Shown one piece after another: positions 28,759-38,772 of a stretch of DNA of 64,000 nucleotides (its first letter is position 1; every line of letters begins with the position of its first letter). The stretch lies in NCBI GenBank assembly GCA_963726455.1, contig CAVSCK010000004.1, positions 32,001 through 96,000 on the forward strand, given 5' to 3'. The position numbers were made by a program, and so were the translations under genes. The notes below the pieces were generated by a model, which searched no databases, had not been told where the DNA came from, and saw only the letters and a list, made by a program, of their open reading frames with translations. The stretch is from an uncultured bacterium (GTDB lineage Bacteria; Zixibacteria; MSB-5A5; CAIYYT01).

Positions 28759-28876
28759 ACTTAATATTAGGACTGAGCCCTGTGCTTCAATAAGACCGAC
28801 TCTCGCCTAAGCTCTGTCATGTGATATTAATGGCAATATGGCAATATGCACATTTATGCCATGAAATAGGAAGGAC

Positions 28877-28905
28877 AAAAAAGCGGCCCCGCGCTGCACG
28901 GGGCC
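28877..28905 (-). terminator. Intrinsic terminator after the YceI gene
   Basis: GGCCCCG-N7-CGGGGCC with an adjacent A6 on the + strand. Confidence 0.7.
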
Positions 28906-28945
28906 TGATAGTGAGATATGCTACACTGGCAAATGAAGGGCGACC

Positions 28946-29599
28946 CTATTGAGTCGACGCGAAGATATCGAAGTGTACTCTCACCAAATCGTTAAGCATT
29001 AACAAAGCTTCCTGCGGGATGCGGATACCGAAATCCGACAGCTTGAAATTGAAATTGCCGACCAGGTGGACCAAGTCACCCGGCAGCCGGCCTTTCGTAA
29101 CTTCGTTCTGTTCCAGATAGGTCACGAACAGGTCGATCGCCACGGCGTTGGTTTTACCGGCCATCGTCAATTCGCCCGTACCCGTGACTTCAATGCGTTG
29201 CTCATTATTCAACGCCCAATTCCGGCTCCTCTCGAATTGAAGCAGATGGAACGTCATTGTATTGGCGGTACTAAGATCCAGCAGTGTGCGGGAAAAGACC
29301 ACAGAATTGCGATCCGCATAGCCGGTCGTCAATTTGGTCAGATCAACAGTCAGTTCGAGTTTGGGAGCGTCCTGGATAGTATCGAGGCGAACCTCTGCCT
29401 GAGCGGTCAAAGCAGTCGTGAGCGCCAGAACGGTCTGTAATTGTCCATCCGATTCAATGGTCACGAAATTGCGATTGTTGTCGTCAGTTGCACGAAATGA
29501 CCTGCGGCCGGTAGCGCCGGCAGCATCATTGCTGCTCACAAACGCCAACAGCGTCACGCCCATCAACACCATAACCCAAAACTTCGATACCTGTCTCAT
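28946..29599 (-). CDS. YceI family periplasmic lipid/polyisoprenoid-binding protein
   Basis: Signal peptide; VDL..L.TG..RN, G.LT..G.T and F..KLSDFGI..P motifs. Confidence 0.85.
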   Translation of the reverse strand: MRQVSKFWVMVLMGVTLLAFVSSNDAAGATGRRSFRATDDNNRNFVTIESDGQLQTVLALTTALTAQAEVRLDTIQDAPKLELTVDLTKLTTGYADRNSVVFSRTLLDLSTANTMTFHLLQFERSRNWALNNEQRIEVTGTGELTMAGKTNAVAIDLFVTYLEQNEVTKGRLPGDLVHLVGNFNFKLSDFGIRIPQEALLMLNDLVRVHFDIFASTQ

Positions 29600-29739
29600 T
29601 CTCCGGATCCTCCAAATGACTTAGATCAATTAGGCGCCGAATATAAGTTGTATCCAACCCCCGGCGCAAGCCCTAAACCGAATGACGCGTTTTTTTTGCT
29701 AGCCGCTATCACTTAATAGACGAAAAGACCACCCGGGCA

Positions 29740-29769
29740 TAAAAAAATCAGCCGGACGCCGGAGCTGAT
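29740..29769 (-). terminator. Intrinsic terminator after the ROK gene
   Basis: ATCAGC...GCTGAT hairpin adjacent to an A7 run. Confidence 0.55.
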
Positions 29770-29797
29770 GATGTAGTGATATATGCGGATATTACTA

Positions 29798-30715
29798 TTA
29801 GATGTCTCTGGAGGCCAGGACTGCCGCACCTATAAGGCCGGCGTCGTTGCCCAGCTTGGCCGGCACGACCTTTATACCCCTGCGGCACGAAGGGGAAGCA
29901 TATTTGAGTATTCCCTGGCGGATTGCCCGAAAGTAAGGGGCTCCTCCGGCGGCAATTCCGCCTCCGATAACGATAATCTCCGGATTCAACAATTCCATCG
30001 CCGAACCGATGCCGCAGGCCAGATTGTCCGCCGCCAGAGCAACGGCTCGTGTTGCGTCCTTGTCACCCTGTTTCGCCCGGTCAAAAATGAATTTGACGCC
30101 GCCGTCCCTAGGAACCGGTTTGCCATAGAATTCCAGGAAAGCGTCGGTCGCGGCCAGTGCTTCGACACAGCCGTGCTTGCCGCACTTGCAGAGCTTTCCG
30201 TCCTTTTGAATTATCGTGTGGCCGATCTCCGCGCCGGCGAAATGAGCGCCGCGCCAGATCTCGTTATTGAGGATGATGCCCGAGCCGATGCCGGTACCGA
30301 CCGTTATGTAAAGCCCGGAACGGTGACCCCGTCCGGCGCCGAAACGGTGCTCGGCGAGCGCCATAACATTGGCGTCGTTGTCGACCGACACACGAAGCCC
30401 GGTGGCTTTGCTGACCGCCTTCTTTACCTCTGCGCCTTGCCAACCGGGGGTATTGGGAGAACGACCGATGATCTTGCCTTGATGTGCGTCGACGATGCCG
30501 GGACTGCCGATACCGACCGCCCGCAACTTGCAGCCCTCCTGTTTGGCAATCCAGCCAAGATGAGAGACGATTGACGCAAATTCGTGTAGAATTGCAGCCC
30601 GGCCTTTCGGCGTCGGGGTGGAGGATTTGTAGATGATTTTCCCGTTGCTGTGAACCAGCCCGAACTTAATGAATGTTCCCCCGAGGTCGATTCCGGCAGC
30701 AATCGTCTTTAGCAT
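29798..30715 (-). CDS. ROK family sugar kinase (glucokinase-like)
   Basis: GIDLGGT, G.PG, NDAN..ALAE, GTGIG.G, AEIGH, C.CG..GCVE and AG.IGAA motifs. Confidence 0.95.
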   Translation of the reverse strand: MLKTIAAGIDLGGTFIKFGLVHSNGKIIYKSSTPTPKGRAAILHEFASIVSHLGWIAKQEGCKLRAVGIGSPGIVDAHQGKIIGRSPNTPGWQGAEVKKAVSKATGLRVSVDNDANVMALAEHRFGAGRGHRSGLYITVGTGIGSGIILNNEIWRGAHFAGAEIGHTIIQKDGKLCKCGKHGCVEALAATDAFLEFYGKPVPRDGGVKFIFDRAKQGDKDATRAVALAADNLACGIGSAMELLNPEIIVIGGGIAAGGAPYFRAIRQGILKYASPSCRRGIKVVPAKLGNDAGLIGAAVLASRDI

Positions 30716-30768
30716 GCAGTCATGCTGCCATCCCGATCACAAGAATTCAACAAAAACTGTGTCGACTG

Positions 30769-31749
30769 CTATTCTTGAAAAGGATGATTACGCAGGAAAT
30801 CTGGCCGATAGTGATGCGGACTGCTTAGTTCCTGTACCCAGCCACGGTACAAACCCAGGCGTGCGAATTCGGTGAGCATTTCGTCGTACTCTGCTTTCGT
30901 GACTGTTCGTCCCAGCAGGGGATCATTGCCGACCTCGGACGTGGGGTAGTACTGCGACATGAGTGACACATGTACGGAAGGGGAAAGCTCTTCGGCGATA
31001 AAACGCAGGACGGCCTTGGAATTTTCAACTTCGCCGGGAAGGACTAGATGACGAATGATGAGGCCTGATTCGATCACGCCCTCATCATTCAAACGAATGG
31101 TGCTGCCGACTTGGCGATACATCTCACGGATCGCAGCCGTGGCGTGCTCGACGTAACGGGGCGTGTCTGAATACTTCTCGGCAAGGTTGTTATCCATATA
31201 CTTCAAGTCGGGGAGATATACCTGGATGGTGCCTTCCAGATCACCAATGGTCTCGACCGTGTCATACCCGTTCGTGTTGAAAACAAAAATCGGCTGACGA
31301 CCCCGCGCCTTGAGGGTTTGGATAATGACTTTCATTTGCGGTATGAAGTGTGACGGCGAAACAAAGCCAACGAGCCGGATTCCGGAATCCAGAATTGCCT
31401 CGATCCGTTTCACGATCGAGAATAATTCGTCGAAATCATTGGCGACAGGACGCGAGTTGCGGCTGATCTGGTAGTTCTGGCAGAAGACGCACTGCATATT
31501 GCAGTGGCTGAAGAAGATGTTGCAGATACCCAGGGAGCCTGACAGAACGGGTTCCTCACCACGGTGGGGAAAGATGGAATCTACTGCAAATCCGGCGCCT
31601 GCGAGACAATAACCGAGTATAGGGGAAGTGCGATCAGCATGGCATTGGCGCGGACAGATGGCGCAGTCGCGTAGCTCGTCGAGGGGCTCGAAGATGGTTC
31701 GCCAGTCGAGTTGCCAGGTGTCGTCCAGGGGGCGGGGAAGCTCGTACAT
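30769..31749 (-). CDS. Radical SAM protein, PflX-like
   Basis: C.ICPR.C..DR, HRGEEP, CNMQCVFCQN (CxxxCxxC), YLPDLKY and IRHLVLPG motifs. Confidence 0.92.
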   Translation of the reverse strand: MYELPRPLDDTWQLDWRTIFEPLDELRDCAICPRQCHADRTSPILGYCLAGAGFAVDSIFPHRGEEPVLSGSLGICNIFFSHCNMQCVFCQNYQISRNSRPVANDFDELFSIVKRIEAILDSGIRLVGFVSPSHFIPQMKVIIQTLKARGRQPIFVFNTNGYDTVETIGDLEGTIQVYLPDLKYMDNNLAEKYSDTPRYVEHATAAIREMYRQVGSTIRLNDEGVIESGLIIRHLVLPGEVENSKAVLRFIAEELSPSVHVSLMSQYYPTSEVGNDPLLGRTVTKAEYDEMLTEFARLGLYRGWVQELSSPHHYRPDFLRNHPFQE

Positions 31750-31895
31750 CTAGCCCAATATACATGCTGGCTCCGTGCATAACAACCAGTGGATACCTGT
31801 TTCTAAGGTCTAAGATATCAGATTTTCAGACTTATTGTTGTGCAAACATCGCGCCGTCCGTAGCTTTTATGGATATTTTGAGAATGGAGTAGGCA

Positions 31896-32435
31896 ATGCT
31901 AGCGATTGAAAACAGTGTCTTGGTAATAATTGATGTTCAGGGGAAACTCTCCCAGTTGATGTATGAGAAGGAGAAGCTGTTCGCGAATCTCGTGCGAATG
32001 GTCAAGGCCTCGCAATTGCTGGAAATTCCGATACTTTGGAACGAGCAGTATCCCGAAGGACTGGGCGCAACGGTACCGGAATTGGCAGAATTGCTTACAA
32101 ATCAAAAGCCGATGGCGAAGATGAGTTTCGGTTGCTGTGGAAACGCGTCGTTTGTAACCGAGCTTCGGAAACTCAACCGGCGGCAGGTATTGCTGGTCGG
32201 TATTGAGACTCACGTTTGTGTTTATCAGAGCGCAGTTGAGCTGATGCAGATGGGTTATGAAGTTAATCTGATTAGTGATGCCGTCTCGTCACGCACGCCA
32301 GAAAACAAGCGAATCGGCATGAAGCTTATCAAGGCTGACGGCGGCCGGATTACCAGCACCGAGACGGCTCTGTTCGAGCTGATGCGGACGGCCTCACACC
32401 CAAGATTTCGTGACATTAGCCGATTAGTAAAGTAG
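31896..32435 (+). CDS. Isochorismatase family hydrolase (YcaC-related)
   Basis: IIDVQGKL, EQYP.GLG.T, K.SF and GIETHVCVYQ motifs. Confidence 0.93.
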   Translation: MLAIENSVLVIIDVQGKLSQLMYEKEKLFANLVRMVKASQLLEIPILWNEQYPEGLGATVPELAELLTNQKPMAKMSFGCCGNASFVTELRKLNRRQVLLVGIETHVCVYQSAVELMQMGYEVNLISDAVSSRTPENKRIGMKLIKADGGRITSTETALFELMRTASHPRFRDISRLVK

Positions 32436-32517
32436 GTTATGAGAGATGTTCACATTTATTGGGGCGGCGCCTATTCCTGCGCGCATGACATGATGAGAGT
32501 AACGGTGGAAGACGACT

Positions 32518-33897
32518 GTGATTGAACCGAGAGCACCGCTACGCCGGCTATGGCATACCTTTATTCCGCTGACGGTCAAGTATGGCGCTGAATTCCGCCG
32601 CACGTTCAAGTTTCTTCGGCAGCATCAGTTCTGTAGCAAAGACGAGCTTGAGGATTATCAATGGTTGAGACTGAAGGCGCTGGTCGATTATGCCTACCGG
32701 CACGTCCCGTATTATCGCTCTGTTTTCGACAAGGCCGGAATTCATCCCGAAGACATCATGACCCGCGACGATTTTCGTCGCATACCGGTTTTGCACAAGG
32801 AAGATGTCGTCGAGAATATTGAATTGCTGAAGTCGGACGAGTTCGAGAAACTGAAGCCGATCCGCACGGTAACCAGTTCGTCGACGCGCGACGGTGTCAA
32901 GCTGTTCCGGTCCGATTACAGCGAAGTGTTTCGCAAGTCCGTGGTCTGGCGACACTTCTTCAATATCGGTTTTCGATTCCGTGACCGGCGGGTGCAGCTT
33001 ACAGTGCCGCTCAGTTTTGTCAAGGACATGTATGAAATGCCGGTCGACTATAACGAAAACATCCTGATGATAGACTCCCGCGCAATTACGCCGGACTTCT
33101 GCAAATCAATTCACCGCCGTCTGCAGAGTTTCAAACCCAAGATGCTGTTTTGCCAACCGACGAATGCCACGATGCTGGCCGAATACTGCAAACAGGCAGG
33201 ATTGCCTCCGCTGCACATTCCCATTATCTACTCGCTCGGTGAAAAGATCTATCCCGAATACCGCGAAGTGATGACGGCATACTATGGCGGCAAAGTGGTC
33301 GAGTTCTACGGGAACCGCGAGAACACGGCATCGGCAGGTGAACTTCAGGACGGGCGATTGTATGTCAACTCGGATTTCTGTTACCTCGAGTTTGAATCAA
33401 ATAGCGGTACTCCGGAGATCGGTCAGCCGGCAAATATCATATCGACCACGCTGGAAAATTATGCTTTCCCGCTGATCCGGTATCATACCGAGGACGTCGG
33501 CACTTTGGTCGGTCACCCCGCAGTCGCCGTTCGTCAATTCCCGGTGATGGAAATCGTCGGCGGCCGGGGAAAGGATCTGCTGCTTACCAGAAGGGGATTG
33601 ATGTTGCCGCAGACTCATCCGTTTCTGAAGAGCATCGGATTTGACCGCTACAAACGGATTCAGTTGGAGCAAAAGTCAATCGATGATCTGCTAATCCGCG
33701 TGGTGCCGACCGCGACGTTCGACCAGACAAACGACAGGAGACTTCTGCAATCATCCTTCACGAAATATTTCGACAGCCAATTTGCGATCACTATTGAGCT
33801 CGTTGATTCGATTCCTTTGACCAGCAGCCGCAAGAACCGCTACGTCATATCCGACATTGCCATCCGGCATCTGCGCGAATCGCTCCCGAACAAATAG
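32518..33897 (+). CDS. Phenylacetate-CoA ligase/CapK family adenylate-forming protein
   Basis: Q..RL..LV.YAY..VPYY, F..IP.L.K, YG..E, PLIRY...D and GR..D motifs; P-loop is degenerate (TSSSTRDG). Confidence 0.85.
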   Translation: MIEPRAPLRRLWHTFIPLTVKYGAEFRRTFKFLRQHQFCSKDELEDYQWLRLKALVDYAYRHVPYYRSVFDKAGIHPEDIMTRDDFRRIPVLHKEDVVENIELLKSDEFEKLKPIRTVTSSSTRDGVKLFRSDYSEVFRKSVVWRHFFNIGFRFRDRRVQLTVPLSFVKDMYEMPVDYNENILMIDSRAITPDFCKSIHRRLQSFKPKMLFCQPTNATMLAEYCKQAGLPPLHIPIIYSLGEKIYPEYREVMTAYYGGKVVEFYGNRENTASAGELQDGRLYVNSDFCYLEFESNSGTPEIGQPANIISTTLENYAFPLIRYHTEDVGTLVGHPAVAVRQFPVMEIVGGRGKDLLLTRRGLMLPQTHPFLKSIGFDRYKRIQLEQKSIDDLLIRVVPTATFDQTNDRRLLQSSFTKYFDSQFAITIELVDSIPLTSSRKNRYVISDIAIRHLRESLPNK

Positions 33898-34013
33898 AAC
33901 CGTGATTCCTTCAAGCGATCTCGCGCGAGGCCCCAGACTTCAGTTCTCCGACAAGTTTTAGATTGACGACCGCTACCACATGAAACTAGATTGGCGGCGA
34001 AAGCACTGTAACA

Positions 34014-34328
34014 ATGTCCAAACACGAATATCTGTTTGCCGAACTTGTAGTGGATCGCGGTGTCCTGGAGCGATTCAGCCAGGAAATGTCACCGTATTAT
34101 GAGGACGACCTGGTTAGCGCCAAGCACGACTTCTACTCCAGGTTTAAGCGCAAGCTGTTGTGGCATATCCGAAACTCACTGTCAGAACGTCAGCGACAGG
34201 CGCTGCTGTTGATCCTCTCGGGCAAGACCGAACGCGAGGCAGCATCGACAATGGGGGTATCCCAACAAGTTGTGCACATTTATAAACTGCGCGCGATAAA
34301 TAAGTTACGGGATAAGATCAGGCCTTAA
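34014..34328 (+). CDS. Small sigma70 region-4-like HTH protein
   Basis: LSERQRQ.L......G.T..EAA..MGVSQ..V.....RA..KLR. Confidence 0.8.
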   Translation: MSKHEYLFAELVVDRGVLERFSQEMSPYYEDDLVSAKHDFYSRFKRKLLWHIRNSLSERQRQALLLILSGKTEREAASTMGVSQQVVHIYKLRAINKLRDKIRP

Positions 34329-34478
34329 AGTGTATGTCAAAAGACTAATTATCGGAAGGTTCACGCCTCACTCTTGAACCGTCTCTGTTTCCTCTGACTC
34401 AATGACATAAAAAGGGCATGGCTTTGGCTGCATCCATGAGCATGCTGGCTTCACCAAACGTACCATGGAGGTGTTGTC

Positions 34479-34655
34479 ATGCCACGACCATTAGCCAAAC
34501 CGGAGCAAGCCTTGTTGGGCGAGAAGGACATTTGGCACCCGTACGAACTTCAGTCGGTAAAGACCTGGAAGTTCATCAAGATCGTTAACAAGATCTTAAG
34601 CGGCGACTACGGCGTGCTGGATACGTCTCACTGCGCCAGCACCATCGAGATCTGA
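34479..34655 (+). CDS. Unannotated 58-aa small protein
   Basis: Strong GGAGGTG RBS; MPRPLAKPEQALLGEKDIWHPYELQSVKTWKFIKIVNKILSGDYGVLDTSHCASTIEI; below the ORF-track length cutoff. Confidence 0.6.
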   Translation: MPRPLAKPEQALLGEKDIWHPYELQSVKTWKFIKIVNKILSGDYGVLDTSHCASTIEI

Positions 34656-34813
34656 GCTGGCAGAATCCCCTTCCCGTGGACCTTCCGGCAACGCGAGGAC
34701 AGGATTAGCAGCACAGGTTTTGGGTTATCATGCAAATGCCTCTCTATTCCGATATAGTACCACATATGGCAATCGAAGGGGCCGGTCGAGTTAAGCCGTT
34801 GCTTAGTTGAAAC

Positions 34814-34841
34814 TTGACTTATCAGGGGAATGTGTTAAATT
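34814..34841 (+). promoter_or_regulatory. Putative sigma70 promoter of the metalloprotease pair
   Basis: TTGACT-N16-TAAATT with a TG extended -10. Confidence 0.45.
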
Positions 34842-34897
34842 AGAGTGGCAATATTACTTTTCCGGATGCCTGAAACTACATACCCAGGTTGACTTAA

Positions 34898-36562
34898 ATG
34901 ACGTTGATAATGCGCATTAAGATGCTTCATGTTCTGGCGATCTGCTGTTTCGCCCTGATGCTGGCGGCCGACTCATTTGCTGCTCTCTCCCCGATCGAGC
35001 AGGATGTCAAGGCAGGCATAATCAGCGAAAACGACGCGGTTATCTATCGGGCATTGGCAATCGTGCGCCCTGAAGCCGTGCCGACGCGTTATCTCTCGGA
35101 AGTTACGGTACCGGGTAAGTGCGCGACTGACGAAGTGCGTGAAGCCACGAAGATTATCATGTCCGACTCGACGGCTTACAAATCCTTCAGAGATATCCTG
35201 TCGCGACCCGTTACTCAGGTCGCCTACCAATCACCACAAGGATATTTCTGGTTGCACTATGATACTTCCGGGACGCATGCCGTGCCGCTTGCAGATGGCA
35301 ACGGTAACGGCGTGCCGGATTATATAGACCACGCGGCCAGCTATGCTGATTCGGTCTGGAGATACGAGGTTCAGGACTTGGGGTTCTTGCCGCCGCCTGC
35401 GGACGGAACGCAGGGTGGTGGTTTGGATCAGTATGATATCTATTTCCAGCGACTCACGGTATATGGCTACACGCAGTTAGAATCGCCGGGGCCGAACCCG
35501 TGGTACGACTACTCATCTCACGTCGTCGTCCATAACAACTTCAACGGCTTTCCACCCAATCAGGATCCGGAAGGGAATGTATACGGCGCGCTGAAAGTCA
35601 CGATCGCCCACGAATTCTGCCATGCGCTGCAGTTTGCTTATGATGCCGGAGAAGAGATCTACTTCATGGAGGAGACTTCGACCTGGATGGAGGATATGGC
35701 TTTCCCGGCGACGAATGACAATTACAATTACCTGCCGTATTTCTACAGCGTTCCGGAGCAGGGATTGCAGAAGACAGGTAATCATGAATACGCCGCCTTT
35801 ATCTGGCCGAAGTATCTGCAGGAACGTTTCGGTCCGGCTATCATTCGCGAGATTTGGAGTGAGTGCCGTTACAATTCCGCGATCGGTTCCTGGTCGTATG
35901 TGCTGGACTCGGCGGGGAGTAGCTTGCAGGATGAATTCACGCGGTTTCTGGTGTGGAACTACCACACCGGTGATCGGGCGACGCCCACGACATTTGTGTC
36001 GGGTGCGGACTACCCGCAGGTAAGCGTGATGCGATACACCGACGTTGTTCCGGATTCGAATCGAAGTTCCAGCGAACCACCGGAACCGTTGGCATCCAAC
36101 TATATTGTCATTAACAATTACTCCGGTTCACGAGGTATCCTGACGATCGACTTCACCGGCGTGGTCACCGCCAACTGGGGAATCGGATACGTGATAGATC
36201 ATGGTAACGGACAATTCGAGGATTCAGTCTGTACTACACTGCAGGGAACGTCGGCGAGGATCTCGATCCCGCATTTCGAGAACGTGCTGAAGGTGGCGTT
36301 CATTCCGGGCGTGACATCATCCTACGGCACATCGTGGAACTATCAATACACCATCTTCTGGCGCACTCCCGGCGACTTCAACGGTGACAACGTAATCGAC
36401 ATCTCGGATGCCGTAGCCGGAATCAACTATATCTTCGGCGATGGCCCGGTTCCTCAGCCACTGCAGGCGATGGACGCGAACTGTGACGGATATAATGACA
36501 TCAGTGATGTCACATACTTGATCACCTACATCTTTGGAGGCGGTCCCGCGCCTTGCTATTGA
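34898..36562 (+). CDS. MXAN_6640-family secreted zinc metalloprotease with dockerin
   Basis: Signal peptide, KCAT, F..HY, NGVPDYI, AHEFCHA.Q..Y, E..STWMED; C-terminal GDFNGD..IDISDAV..I.YIF dockerin. Confidence 0.88.
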   Translation: MTLIMRIKMLHVLAICCFALMLAADSFAALSPIEQDVKAGIISENDAVIYRALAIVRPEAVPTRYLSEVTVPGKCATDEVREATKIIMSDSTAYKSFRDILSRPVTQVAYQSPQGYFWLHYDTSGTHAVPLADGNGNGVPDYIDHAASYADSVWRYEVQDLGFLPPPADGTQGGGLDQYDIYFQRLTVYGYTQLESPGPNPWYDYSSHVVVHNNFNGFPPNQDPEGNVYGALKVTIAHEFCHALQFAYDAGEEIYFMEETSTWMEDMAFPATNDNYNYLPYFYSVPEQGLQKTGNHEYAAFIWPKYLQERFGPAIIREIWSECRYNSAIGSWSYVLDSAGSSLQDEFTRFLVWNYHTGDRATPTTFVSGADYPQVSVMRYTDVVPDSNRSSSEPPEPLASNYIVINNYSGSRGILTIDFTGVVTANWGIGYVIDHGNGQFEDSVCTTLQGTSARISIPHFENVLKVAFIPGVTSSYGTSWNYQYTIFWRTPGDFNGDNVIDISDAVAGINYIFGDGPVPQPLQAMDANCDGYNDISDVTYLITYIFGGGPAPCY

Positions 36563-36585
36563 AATAGGACACCATTCGGCACCTC

Positions 36586-38607
36586 ATGGAGGTCAATTTG
36601 CTCAGACGGATTATTGTAACGGCATGCCTGTTGTTCATCGCAACATCAGCGCTCGGGGCATCCAAGTCGTCATATCAGCTTATTCAACGGGCCTACAAAG
36701 ACGGCCTTCTCACCAACGAACAGAAGCTGCTGCTGGAAGTCCGTTCGGTCAAGAATCCGTCATCGCTGCCGCTGGCATATCAATCCACGGTCATCGAAAT
36801 TGCCAAGTGCGCGACGGACATTCTGCTCGAAGCGAAAAGCAATTTCAACGATCTCAGCGCCGCAGGCCAAACGGAGATGAGAAACATTCTGGCGCGCCCC
36901 TCAGCGACCAACGTTTTTGACAGTCCGGGAGGCAAGTTCAAGATTCATTATAACATCTCCGGCCCTAACGCAGTACCGCTGACAGATTCCGACGCCGATG
37001 GGATACCGGATTACATTGAATGGCTGGCCGGCTATGCTGATAGTTCATATCGCTCCGAGGTTCTGGGATTGGGACAATTTGAACCGCCCAGCGACGGTGT
37101 CGCCGGCGGCGACTCGCGGTATGACATCTACACCGAGGAAATGGGCTATTACGGCTACACGCAATCTGAAGGGGGCGGACCGAATCCCTGGAATGACGCC
37201 TATAGTTACATTTCGGTGCATCGCAATTTCCTGGGGTTTCCGCCCAACAACGATCCCGAGGGCAACCAAAAGGGCGCAGCCAAGGTTACGGTAGCCCACG
37301 AATATTACCATGCCGTTCAGTTTGCCTATAACTATATGGAGGAAGCCTGGCTGATGGAGGCATCTTCGACCTGGATGGAAGATTTCGTGTATCCCCAGGT
37401 GAACGACAATTACAACTATCTATCCAGTTGGTTTGGTTATCCGGACTACGCTTTGAATTCCACCACAAATTTGCATCAGTATGCTGCCTTTATCTGGCCG
37501 AAGTATCTGTCGCAGAATTTCGGGTCGGCGATCATGCCGGAACTTTGGAATCAGTGCATTTATTCGAACGCCTATCCGGCGCTGACCACGGTACTGGCAA
37601 ATCATGGGCGCGCGCTGAACAGCGAGTTTGCCGAGTTCTGTTCCTGGAATTTCATCACCGGTTCGCGCAATGACCACGAGCATTTTCTGGATGGGTCATA
37701 TTACCCGCTGATCTCGACAGTCCGGACACACACGACCTATCCGGTTACCGGGCAGGGACCGTTGACAGGCAAAGCTCCGGATGCGATGGGCGCCAACTAT
37801 GTCATCTTCACGCTGCCGGGCGGAACCGGCAATTTCACTGTCGACTTCAACGGTGATAATTCGACTCCTTGGATTGTCAATATCCTGGGTTGGAAGTCTT
37901 CGGGCGGCACCAACATTTACCAGGAGTTCCAGATGACGCTGAATGGCAGCGGCGATGGCTCATACACAGTTGTGAATCCGCAGGACTATACCTATATCGT
38001 CATGGTGATCTCTAACACGAGCCAGAGTCTTAATGATCGCGGCTATGTTTACGGAGCCAGTTTCGTCTCGGCGCCGCAATATGCCGTTGTGGTTAATGCG
38101 GTCGCCGACGATAGTCTTTATTCCCACACAAAGACACACTTAATCTACAACGTGCACAATACCGGCAGCAATGCCGAAACATTCACGCTCGCCGCCGCCG
38201 ACAGGCGCGGCTGGAGCATCCTGCCCTCGCGAAATCAGATTACGTTGACATCAGGCGCGACCGACACCGTTTCGGTCTCAGTCCCAGCGCCGGCGATGAC
38301 CAACGAAGGCGTCAAAGATACGGTAATGTTGACGGCGACATCGACATCAGCAACGGGGGTTTCGGACACTGACTCGGCGACGGCGTTGGTGTTTGTCCAG
38401 AACGGCGATGCCGACAACAGCGGCAGTCTCGATATTTCCGACGCCGTGTATCTGATCGGCTACATCTTCAACTCGGGTGCCGATCCGATGCCGGTGATGG
38501 ATGCCGGTGATGCAAATTGCGATGGTGCCGTGGATATCTCAGATGTCGTCTTCCTGATAGCATATATCTTCAATTCGGGACCACCACCACCCTGCAACCC
38601 TTTTTGA
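36586..38607 (+). CDS. MXAN_6640-family secreted zinc metalloprotease with Ig-like domain and dockerin
   Basis: Paralogue of the upstream gene; AHEYYHAVQ; GDADNSGSLDISDAVYLI.YIF...GDANCDGAVDISDVVFLI.YIF..GP.PPCNPF. Confidence 0.88.
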   Translation: MEVNLLRRIIVTACLLFIATSALGASKSSYQLIQRAYKDGLLTNEQKLLLEVRSVKNPSSLPLAYQSTVIEIAKCATDILLEAKSNFNDLSAAGQTEMRNILARPSATNVFDSPGGKFKIHYNISGPNAVPLTDSDADGIPDYIEWLAGYADSSYRSEVLGLGQFEPPSDGVAGGDSRYDIYTEEMGYYGYTQSEGGGPNPWNDAYSYISVHRNFLGFPPNNDPEGNQKGAAKVTVAHEYYHAVQFAYNYMEEAWLMEASSTWMEDFVYPQVNDNYNYLSSWFGYPDYALNSTTNLHQYAAFIWPKYLSQNFGSAIMPELWNQCIYSNAYPALTTVLANHGRALNSEFAEFCSWNFITGSRNDHEHFLDGSYYPLISTVRTHTTYPVTGQGPLTGKAPDAMGANYVIFTLPGGTGNFTVDFNGDNSTPWIVNILGWKSSGGTNIYQEFQMTLNGSGDGSYTVVNPQDYTYIVMVISNTSQSLNDRGYVYGASFVSAPQYAVVVNAVADDSLYSHTKTHLIYNVHNTGSNAETFTLAAADRRGWSILPSRNQITLTSGATDTVSVSVPAPAMTNEGVKDTVMLTATSTSATGVSDTDSATALVFVQNGDADNSGSLDISDAVYLIGYIFNSGADPMPVMDAGDANCDGAVDISDVVFLIAYIFNSGPPPPCNPF

Positions 38608-38772
38608 TGCGGCATCTCCTAGCTGTTGAGATCCGTTTCAATCCTGCTGTGGTCAATCTTCCGGCCTGACAACGAACGGCAAGACGTTCGACACTGATTT
38701 TAGTTGACTACGTTTCTGCCGCAGGCATTCATAACCATCGTATTATCAAAGAAGTAGAGATGTACAAGAGGT

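Noticed and set aside
28830-28863. Sigma54-like TGGCA...TGC motifs and an ATGGCAAT tandem repeat
   Set aside because: GG-to-GC spacing is 9 or 7 nt, not the required 10
34414-34430. Sigma54-like GGCATGGCTTTGGC before the 58-aa ORF
   Set aside because: Spacing fits but the -12 box is TGGC rather than TTGC; too weak to call
32518-34655. RiPP cluster (adenylating enzyme plus small peptide)
   Set aside because: No recognisable leader or core motif, RRE, dedicated protease or transporter
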